Below are positions 56,297 through 64,000 of a stretch of 64,000 nt of DNA, piece by piece (positions within the stretch are counted from its first letter, which is position 1; every line of letters starts with the position of its first letter). The notes under the pieces were generated by a model that searched no databases, was not told where the DNA came from, and was given only the letters and a program-made list of their open reading frames with translations. The position numbers were made by a program, and so were the translations under genes. The stretch spans positions 1 through 64,000 of the IMG/VR virus record IMGVR_UViG_3300037010_001702; one strand, given 5' to 3'.

Positions 56297-58891
56297 ATGG
56301 ATTTCAATCACGATACCGGTACTATTCTCACCGGCCTTCAAACACTTGACGTAACAACTACTCCTCCTCTTGGCGGAGTAGCTGGCGTTCTTTCAATCGT
56401 AGGTACAGGTGCAGTTGTTTTAACAGCTGGTACTACAGCACAACGTCCAGCCGGTGTAGCCGGTGCATTGCGTTACAACTCAGATATTTCTGACCTTGAG
56501 TACTACAATGGCACAGCGTGGGTTCAGCAAACCGGTGGTACTGTAACTTCTATTACTGCTACCGGTTCAACGGGTCTTACAGTTGGTGGTTCTCCAATCA
56601 CTTCATCTGGTACTCTTACATTCACTTTAGCACCAATCCTTTCAAGCTTGTCTTCATTGGCAACTTCTGGTTTGACTGTTAACAATGCAGGTGTTATCTC
56701 TGCTGTTACCATCGCTGGTACTGCTGGTAATATCGTTGTTACCAATGGCTCCGGCACTACTGGTGCTCCAACAATCAACCTCGCAACAGCTGGTACTCCA
56801 GTTGCTGGCTTCTTTGGTCAGATCACTACTGATACATTCGGTCGTGTAACATCTACTGGTGCTGCTACTTCAGCTAACATCACAACGGCTCTTGGTTATA
56901 CTCCAGTAAATAAAGCTGGCGATACCATGGGTGGCAACCTTAACATGGGTGGCTTCGTTATCTCTAACGTAGGCACTCCAGTTGCTGGCACTGATGCTGC
57001 TAACAAGAACTATATTGACCAAGCTATTGCAGGTCTTTCTTGGAAGCAAGAAGTTGCAGCTGCTACAACTGGTAACATCACTCTTTCAGGTCTTCAAGCA
57101 ATTGATGGATATACTACTGTTGCTGGTGATCGCGTTCTTGTCAAGAACCAAACTGCCGGTTCAGCAAATGGTATTTATATTGCTTCAACTGGTGCTTGGA
57201 CCCGCTCTTTGGATGCTGACGCTGCTTCTGAACTTGTTGGCGCTGCTGTTTATGTTACTCAGGGTACCTCACAAGCTAATACAGGCTGGACACAAACTGT
57301 AGACATTATTACTCTTGATACTACATCACTTGTGTGGTCTCAGTTCTCTGGTTCTAATACATACGTTGCGGGTGCGGGTCTTACACTTACTGGCAATTCC
57401 TTTGCAATTACTGCTCCAGTATCTATTGCTCTTGGTGGTACCGGTCTTACGACTACCCCAGCCAATGGTCAAATTGATATTGGTAATGGCACAAGCTTCA
57501 CGCGTACTACTCTTACAGCTGGTACTGGTGTTTCTGTTACTAATGCTGCCGGTTCTATTACACTTGCAAATACCGGCGTAACAGCTTTCACATCTAATAC
57601 TGGTCTTTCAGCTAATGTATCTGCTACAGGCGCTGTGACTGTTACCAACACTGGTGTTCTTTCTGTTGCTGGTACTGCTAACCAGGTTATGGTAAATGGT
57701 ACTACGGGTGCTGCTACAACTGGTGCAATCACTCTTACATTGCCACAGTCAATCGCTACCACATCTTCACCAACTTTTGCCAACATCACTGACACAGCTC
57801 TTACAGCTAATGGTCACGTTTATGCGGGCGCTGGAGGTATCCTTTCTTCTACTGCTGCTGGCACAAATGGACAGATCCTTATCAGCTCAACCGGCGGTGC
57901 ACCAGTTCTTGCAACAATCACTGGTACTGCTGGCCAAATTGGCGTAATTAATGCAGCTGGTTCTATCACACTTACCAACCTTGGCGTTACATCAAATGTT
58001 GCAGGGGCCGGTATTTCTGTATCAGGTGCTACAGGTGCAGTCACTATCGCTAACACTGGTGTTACATCCATTGTTGCTGGTACTGGTATTTCTGTATCAG
58101 GTGCTACAGGTGCAGTCACGGTTAACAACACTGGCGTAACTTCTGTTGCTCTTGCTCTTCCTGCTATCTTCGCAATATCTGGTTCTCCAGTTACAACGAC
58201 AGGTACTTTGACAGCAGCTCTTGCTTCACAAACAGCTAACACAGTATTCGCAGCTCCTAATGGTTCTGCTGGTGCTCCTACATTCCGTGCTCTTGCATAT
58301 GCTGATCTTCCAATCAAGCTTTATGTCGAAAATCCATCTACTCCTACAGCTCCTATAGCTGCTGGTGCTAATGCAGTTGCTATTGGTTCTGGTTCTTCAG
58401 CTGCAGCTGCAAACTCTGTAGCAGTTGGTTCTGGTTCTTCTGCAACTCTTCCAGGAAGCTTCGTCTCTGCTAGTGGTTCATTCGCTACAGCTGGTGATGC
58501 ACAAGAAGTTGAAGCATTGCTTCGCAACATTACAACAACTGCAACAGCAACTGAATTGTTCCTTGACGGTGTAACTGGCACCCAGCGTTTTGTTCTTCCT
58601 AATAACTCTGCAGCATCATTCACGATTATGGTAACAGCACGTCGCACTGATGCTACTGGTGGTGCTGCTGGCTATAAGTTCGAAGGTAACATCCGTAAGG
58701 ATACAACCTCAGCTTCTACAGCTCTTACGGGTACTCCATCTAAGACTGTTCTTGGTGAAACAAACGTAGGCTGGGATTGCAGCGTATCAGCTGATACAAC
58801 AAATGGTTCTATCAAGGTAACAGTTACTGGCGAAGCAGCTAAGACAATCCGCTGGGTTGCTTCTGTTAAGGCAGTTGTTGTAACTAACTAA
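56297..58891 (+). CDS. Tail-fibre protein
   Basis: 864 aa A/T/G-rich; NTGVTS repeats; C-terminal domain paralogous to that of 52577. Confidence 0.85.
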   Translation: MDFNHDTGTILTGLQTLDVTTTPPLGGVAGVLSIVGTGAVVLTAGTTAQRPAGVAGALRYNSDISDLEYYNGTAWVQQTGGTVTSITATGSTGLTVGGSPITSSGTLTFTLAPILSSLSSLATSGLTVNNAGVISAVTIAGTAGNIVVTNGSGTTGAPTINLATAGTPVAGFFGQITTDTFGRVTSTGAATSANITTALGYTPVNKAGDTMGGNLNMGGFVISNVGTPVAGTDAANKNYIDQAIAGLSWKQEVAAATTGNITLSGLQAIDGYTTVAGDRVLVKNQTAGSANGIYIASTGAWTRSLDADAASELVGAAVYVTQGTSQANTGWTQTVDIITLDTTSLVWSQFSGSNTYVAGAGLTLTGNSFAITAPVSIALGGTGLTTTPANGQIDIGNGTSFTRTTLTAGTGVSVTNAAGSITLANTGVTAFTSNTGLSANVSATGAVTVTNTGVLSVAGTANQVMVNGTTGAATTGAITLTLPQSIATTSSPTFANITDTALTANGHVYAGAGGILSSTAAGTNGQILISSTGGAPVLATITGTAGQIGVINAAGSITLTNLGVTSNVAGAGISVSGATGAVTIANTGVTSIVAGTGISVSGATGAVTVNNTGVTSVALALPAIFAISGSPVTTTGTLTAALASQTANTVFAAPNGSAGAPTFRALAYADLPIKLYVENPSTPTAPIAAGANAVAIGSGSSAAAANSVAVGSGSSATLPGSFVSASGSFATAGDAQEVEALLRNITTTATATELFLDGVTGTQRFVLPNNSAASFTIMVTARRTDATGGAAGYKFEGNIRKDTTSASTALTGTPSKTVLGETNVGWDCSVSADTTNGSIKVTVTGEAAKTIRWVASVKAVVVTN

Positions 58892-58903
58892 TAGGAAGTA
58901 AAA

Positions 58904-60343
58904 GTGGAATTTGACCACAGCTTTGAAGTAATCTACCCTTGGACATCAGGGGTAGATTCAATTACCTTAGGCGGAACAGCTGGAGTTAATATCCCAGCTG
59001 GTGCTACTGCGAGCAGAACATCTACTCCTGTTGCTGGTTCCATCCGTATTAATACTGATACTTCTCAATTAGAATACTATACAGGAACTACTTGGATGTC
59101 GCAGGGAGCAATCGCTGCAGGTACAGGCATTTCTATTGCTACGTCAAATGGTGTCTCAACCATTTCAGCTGCAGGTACTGGTACAGTAACTTCAGTTGCT
59201 CTGTCATTACCATCAATTTTTTCTGTCAGTGGTTCGCCAGTTACTTCATCTGGAACACTAACAGCAGCTCTTGCATCTCAAGCAGCCAATACGTTTTTTG
59301 CCGCTCCATCTGGAAACGCAGGAACACCTACATTCAGAACAATTGGTCTAGCGCAGAATGATTTAAATGATGTAACGATAACTTCAGCTACTGCTGGGCA
59401 GTATCTTACTTATAATGGTTCTCGCTGGGTAAATTCTAACTCTGATGGCGCTGGAAGTGCAGCGGGATTAATCGGATTCGGGCAGACTGGTGGGCAGGCA
59501 TGGACACTTATTTCTGGAACAACTTACTATGCAGATTTCCCTCATAATTTGGGAACATATAGTGTGGTCGTAACAGTCTTTGACAGTTCAACAAATATTG
59601 TTGTTCAACCAGATCTAGTTACACTTACTTCTGCTAATAATGTCCGGGTTCAAGTTACTGGAAACTCTAGAACACTTAGAGTAGTTGTAGTAGCATTTGG
59701 GTCATCAATCACAGGTGTAGCTACTCCTTCAGCAGTTATCACTGCTCTTGGTGGTGTAACAGTTAATACAGCAGCAACAAAATTAAATTTTGTTGGTCAG
59801 GCCGTTAATGTGACAGATGGTGGTGCAGGTGTTTCGAATATTACCATTGGTGCACGTTATACTTATTTTGCTAACTCATTAGACTCTGTTAATAGCACAG
59901 ACTTTGCTGTTAATGGTTTATCCCCTGTAACAACTGACCCAGCAAATCCTGCATTTAACGTTCGTTCATTTTCAAATACTACCGAAACTGGTGTTGGCTT
60001 CATGTGCTCCATCCCACAGGGCGCTACACAGGTAACTATTAGACTTAAAGGTCGTCCAGCCACAGCACCCACAGCATCATCTGTTGTAATGTTCAAGTTA
60101 TACAACAGATTGATCCCAAGTGGTGCTGCTATGGGAATGTGGTCTGGCTCCAATCTAGCAAATAATGTGATTCCAACGAATGCATTCTTTCAGTATTTTA
60201 ATCAAACACTTACATTATCCTCCCTAGGATTAACTGCTGGTAACTTGTATCAGTTTGAAATGACTAGACCTACTAGCGGTTTTACTGGCACCAACCTTGC
60301 ATTTGCATTCTTACTAGCAGAGCTTACACTGGAGTTCTCGTAA
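58904..60343 (+). CDS. Tail-fibre-like protein
   Basis: N-term resembles 56297 (M.F.H); shared GSPVT.SGTLTAALASQ.AN..FAAP module. Confidence 0.75.
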   Translation: MEFDHSFEVIYPWTSGVDSITLGGTAGVNIPAGATASRTSTPVAGSIRINTDTSQLEYYTGTTWMSQGAIAAGTGISIATSNGVSTISAAGTGTVTSVALSLPSIFSVSGSPVTSSGTLTAALASQAANTFFAAPSGNAGTPTFRTIGLAQNDLNDVTITSATAGQYLTYNGSRWVNSNSDGAGSAAGLIGFGQTGGQAWTLISGTTYYADFPHNLGTYSVVVTVFDSSTNIVVQPDLVTLTSANNVRVQVTGNSRTLRVVVVAFGSSITGVATPSAVITALGGVTVNTAATKLNFVGQAVNVTDGGAGVSNITIGARYTYFANSLDSVNSTDFAVNGLSPVTTDPANPAFNVRSFSNTTETGVGFMCSIPQGATQVTIRLKGRPATAPTASSVVMFKLYNRLIPSGAAMGMWSGSNLANNVIPTNAFFQYFNQTLTLSSLGLTAGNLYQFEMTRPTSGFTGTNLAFAFLLAELTLEFS

Positions 60344-60344
60344 T

Positions 60345-61061
60345 ATGGCTATTAAGCTTAATTCGTCAAACTCGCACATGTATGTGGCTGGCGCCAATTT
60401 TCTAAGATCGATTGATCCCTACACTATAAATATCTGGATCAATGCAAATTGGAATGCTGGGACAGTATCTAGCTTTGTTGGTATGTACGACGGCACCCCC
60501 TTAACTGGTACACCTACAACAGGATTACAGATTGGCACGCGCAATGGCGCCGGAGATTTAGCTGTCTGGACATATGGGGGGACAATGTTAGTAACCAGCA
60601 CAAATGGTGTCATGACACCATTTAGCAACAAATATGCGATGGTTACATATACATTCGATGGTACTTCGCATAGATTATATCTTAATGGGGTTCTACTAAA
60701 TACAACTACGGGCAATACAGTTACTGGGACATTCACCCAAATTTATATCAATGGGTACCCACCAACAGGTAATGCTTATGAGACAGCAACGTATACATTA
60801 GATGCATATAGTTATTATGGCAGAACTTTATCTGCTGACGAACTATTAACAATTTATAATTCTGCTGGTACGCGTAATGGTATTTTTTATGGAGAAATTG
60901 TTAGATATGAGTTTGATGAATTAGCAGAGGGAGCTACTGTGACAGGTGCAGTTGATCTGTCAGGACACAATAATCCTATGCTTTATTCCGGCAATGGAAC
61001 AGCTATAACTTATACTTACATAGCTTCATATGCAGATTCAAATATAAGGCCAGTATTATGA
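60345..61061 (+). CDS. LamG/concanavalin-A-like domain protein
   Basis: YTI..WIN...MVTYTFDG...RLYLNG...Y.R.LSADE...IY. Confidence 0.75.
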   Translation: MAIKLNSSNSHMYVAGANFLRSIDPYTINIWINANWNAGTVSSFVGMYDGTPLTGTPTTGLQIGTRNGAGDLAVWTYGGTMLVTSTNGVMTPFSNKYAMVTYTFDGTSHRLYLNGVLLNTTTGNTVTGTFTQIYINGYPPTGNAYETATYTLDAYSYYGRTLSADELLTIYNSAGTRNGIFYGEIVRYEFDELAEGATVTGAVDLSGHNNPMLYSGNGTAITYTYIASYADSNIRPVL

Positions 61062-61948
61062 CAACGGAAGTTTTAGGTACGTATTCATTTGCATCAGCAC
61101 CAACCGTCAATGGTAGCCCTGTTGTCTTGAACGACGGTACAGTGCCATCATTATCTTCTGGCATAGCAAGTGTTAGACCAACCGCTGGTGTTGCTGGAAG
61201 AATGTTTATCGACACGTCAGTATTAGGTATCTTTAGAGACAACGGTGCTACGTGGGATGAGGTAGGTAGTAATCTTACTCTCTCTCCTAAAGCAAATGAA
61301 ACAACTGTTTTGTCATCGGCTGGTGCAGCGACAATTGGTCTAGCTGATAATGCAATTATGCCAGGTTTTGGCGGTCTTACATTCCCCACGGGCACAACAG
61401 CCCAGCGGCCGGTTGCTCCTAACAATGGTCAAACACGTTGGAATTCCACGCTCAACTATGCAGAACAATTTAATGGGGCAGTGTGGCAGCCTTTGGGTAA
61501 AGTGCTTCAGTATATTACTGGAGCAATCCCGCAATCATCTGGTGCAATGACTAGCGGTATTCGCTGGACATTAGGTTCAACTGCTCCAACAACTGCTCAA
61601 GGATTCCAGGTATGGTCACAATCGGTCACACCTATCTCTGCAGCTTCTAAATTCGTTATTCGTTGCGCATTCACTGTCGCATATTCTACTGTATCAGTTC
61701 CTATCTATCTTGCCATTTATTCTGGGACAACCTGCATAGGCATGTCTCTTGTTGTTTCATCAGCATTAGCTAATCAGCCAGTTTGTATTGCTATCAACTT
61801 AGCACAGCCATCGGTATCAACAGCAGCTCTGACATTTAGTGCACGCATAGGAGTTACATCTGGTACCGGAACATTATACTGGAACCAAATGTCAACAGCA
61901 CTTCCAGCCCAAATGGTTACTGCATTCGAAATAGGGGAGATTCTATAA
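61058..61948 (+). CDS. Tail-fibre-like protein
   Basis: P.GTTAQRP..P..G..R.N motif shared with other fibres. Confidence 0.7.
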   Translation: MTTEVLGTYSFASAPTVNGSPVVLNDGTVPSLSSGIASVRPTAGVAGRMFIDTSVLGIFRDNGATWDEVGSNLTLSPKANETTVLSSAGAATIGLADNAIMPGFGGLTFPTGTTAQRPVAPNNGQTRWNSTLNYAEQFNGAVWQPLGKVLQYITGAIPQSSGAMTSGIRWTLGSTAPTTAQGFQVWSQSVTPISAASKFVIRCAFTVAYSTVSVPIYLAIYSGTTCIGMSLVVSSALANQPVCIAINLAQPSVSTAALTFSARIGVTSGTGTLYWNQMSTALPAQMVTAFEIGEIL

Positions 61949-62448
61949 TGGCTGCTAGCTACATTGACGTCATATCACAATTTTTCCCTAATGTGGGCGC
62001 TACTGCTGACGGCTCAGCATACGAGTATAATAATCTAATGCATGTTAGCGGCGATCCTATACCACCAAAATCAGAATTAGATCCATATCTTATAAAGGTT
62101 CTTCAGAATAACAAGTGGAAAGAAATTCAAACGTACAGAGATCAACGTAAAGTATTAGGTACTTTCGTTGTAGACAAATGGTTTAACTCAGATGACTTCT
62201 CCCGTATTCAACAACTGGGATTAGTTATGATGGGGACGAATATGCCGCCAGGCATTATGTGGAAGACTATGGATGGTTCATTCATTCCTATGACCCCACA
62301 GTTGGCGCAGCAATTGTTCTTTGCTGTTGCAACACAGGATATGGTAATCTTCGGAGTTGCGGAGCATCATAGAGTAGCTATGATGGCTTCATCTCACCCA
62401 GATACATATGATTTTTCACAAGGTTGGCCTAAAGTGTATGGAGAATAA
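61948..62448 (+). CDS. DUF4376-like tail-fibre assembly protein
   Basis: W.EI...RD...KWF.SD..SRIQQ.GL...WKTMDGSF..MT...YDFS.GWP. Confidence 0.75.
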   Translation: MAASYIDVISQFFPNVGATADGSAYEYNNLMHVSGDPIPPKSELDPYLIKVLQNNKWKEIQTYRDQRKVLGTFVVDKWFNSDDFSRIQQLGLVMMGTNMPPGIMWKTMDGSFIPMTPQLAQQLFFAVATQDMVIFGVAEHHRVAMMASSHPDTYDFSQGWPKVYGE

Positions 62449-62450
62449 CT

Positions 62451-63086
62451 ATGCAAGATTTTCTTAGAAAGTATTTTGGATGGTTGGTGAATTGGATTTC
62501 ATCTACTATCGGTAAAATTAATTGGAAACAAACTCATCCAATTACAGATGCGGATAAAGCACTGATCATGTCTATGCTCGAAAAAGATTATTACATTATT
62601 GCTACACGACATAGTAATCATTTGTCAACTTATGCAATTAGCTTGGCTGGATTCTGCTGTACAGGAAGATGGAGCACTTATGGCCATGTATGCATGAATC
62701 TTGAAGGTGATGCCCCAGGAAAAGAAGATTTCCGTTTGGTTGAGGCTGTTGGAGTTGGGTCAAAGTATTCCACGTTTGATGAAGTATTTGGCGACTGTGA
62801 TGGGGTTGCTCTTCTGAAGCCACGTAATATGTCAATTGACCAATGGACATTAGTTCTAGACAAAGCAAAATCAGAAGTCGGTAAACCATATGATACGCTA
62901 TTTGATCTTTCAAATGATAAAGCAGTAAGTTGTGTTGAATTAGTTAGAGATGCTCTTCAAGGTGAACAAAACTATGCAACCGACTTTGCCAACTTTGATC
63001 GCATGATAAATAAGATCAACAATCTTACTCCTCAAATGTTCAGAGACTGCCCAGACTTTGAGGTTGTTCTTGAAATAAAGAGATAA
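62451..63086 (+). CDS. Permuted papain-like NlpC/P60 (YiiX/YebB) amidase
   Basis: YGHV...VEA...GKPYD..FD......SCVELV. Confidence 0.8.
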   Translation: MQDFLRKYFGWLVNWISSTIGKINWKQTHPITDADKALIMSMLEKDYYIIATRHSNHLSTYAISLAGFCCTGRWSTYGHVCMNLEGDAPGKEDFRLVEAVGVGSKYSTFDEVFGDCDGVALLKPRNMSIDQWTLVLDKAKSEVGKPYDTLFDLSNDKAVSCVELVRDALQGEQNYATDFANFDRMINKINNLTPQMFRDCPDFEVVLEIKR

Positions 63087-63467
63087 ATGTCAATTAACGC
63101 CTGCTCGATTAACGAGTTCACAATTAACACCCTGTGTGGAAGACGTCGGCAGGCTATCATTGATAGTCTGCGTCCACCAGTTCCTGTTATAGGTGAGCGT
63201 GGACATCCACAGCACGTTAATCCTGTAACGCAGGTTCCTATGAGCATCTTCAGAAGAGATGCTGATAGAGACGATGATGTTGAGATCACTAACCTTGAAC
63301 AGTCGCACGTGTCGGTCACTATCCAGTTTGCTGGGCAGACCTTCAGTCAGATACTTGAACGCCCAAGCTTTGATCCTGTGGTAACTGTTTACGGTATATC
63401 AGTTTCTGATCAAATAGACGAACAAGTAAGTATTACTGATTTTAGAATGCACGTTCTAAATGCATAA
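63087..63467 (+). CDS. Hypothetical protein
   Basis: Coupled ORF. Confidence 0.65.
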   Translation: MSINACSINEFTINTLCGRRRQAIIDSLRPPVPVIGERGHPQHVNPVTQVPMSIFRRDADRDDDVEITNLEQSHVSVTIQFAGQTFSQILERPSFDPVVTVYGISVSDQIDEQVSITDFRMHVLNA

Positions 63468-63597
63468 TTTCTACTGCTACATTTGGTTTAATCCTAAGAA
63501 CGATTCACTAATATATGTTGGCAAGGGCCATTGGGCCAAATCTCATCTTCAATCAAAGCAAACACGACTAAGTAAATTATTGAACAAGAGAAATTAA
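63460..63597 (+). pseudogene. Truncated GIY-YIG endonuclease
   Basis: MHNFYCYIWFNPKNDSLIYVGKG...SHL, stop after 45 codons. Confidence 0.55.
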
Positions 63598-63740
63598 GAT
63601 TATTTTTCCATCTGGTGAGGAACAGGTTATTTCTAATCTGAATAGCTTCTGTAAAGCACGCTCGCTTAATCAGGGAAATATGACTATCATTGCTAAGAAC
63701 GGCAGGCCGAAGCAACATAAAGGTTTCAAATGCCAGTATG

Positions 63741-63748
63741 TATAAATA
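63741..63748 (+). promoter_or_regulatory. T4-consensus late promoter TATAAATA
   Basis: Exact match 27 nt upstream of the ATG at 63776. Confidence 0.7.
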
Positions 63749-63775
63749 TTGCTATCAAATTCAGGATTCTTTAAA

Positions 63776-64000
63776 ATGGAATTGTCATTCCCTTCCAACA
63801 AACAAATAGAACTGACCTTCAAGGTTGGTGTAGCTGGTACTTCAAGTGCTCCTCAGTCTGTGTCTGTCGTTCTTGAAAAGAATTCCAAGTCGCAAAGCTT
63901 CTCAGCTAAGCAGGATGGAGATGATTGGATTGCACTTATCGATAACCCAGGTCACCTTTTTGGTGAAGGTGAGGTGAGTATTGCCATCAATGTTCTTCTC
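63776..64000 (+). CDS. Late hypothetical protein (runs off window end)
   Basis: MELSFPSNKQIELTFKVGVAG...; open to the end. Confidence 0.65.
   Translation, partial: MELSFPSNKQIELTFKVGVAGTSSAPQSVSVVLEKNSKSQSFSAKQDGDDWIALIDNPGHLFGEGEVSIAINVLL

Overview
A 64-kb segment of a large lytic T4-related (jumbo-type) myophage. It has T4-like gp42, beta-glucosyltransferase, gp39+60/gp52 topoisomerase and td genes, and TAAATA late promoters. Two tail-fibre loci point outwards at the ends (1-6.2 kb, minus strand; 50.3-64 kb, plus strand). Between them lie: (i) a hydroxymethyl-cytosine DNA-modification and nucleotide-metabolism cluster, with an unusual CofD/YvcK-HAD fusion and a sugar-phosphate nucleotidyltransferase next to the glucosyltransferase; (ii) an AAA-ATPase gene fractured in its Walker A motif by an atypically split Ser1/Thr+1 intein, with a free-standing endonuclease between the halves; (iii) an early region of small genes driven by six related promoter cassettes; (iv) topoisomerase and td; and (v) a dispersed set of enzymes (2 nucleotidyltransferases, 2 ADP-ribosyltransferase-like, 2 GNATs, a PD-(D/E)xK nuclease) with capsid-targeting-like N-terminal leaders, which suggests a packaged and injected effector set. 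Several decayed homing endonucleases and a broken macrodomain gene are also present. I saw no tRNA, rRNA, CRISPR array, integrase or reverse transcriptase. All calls come from motif recognition by eye; no database searches were run.
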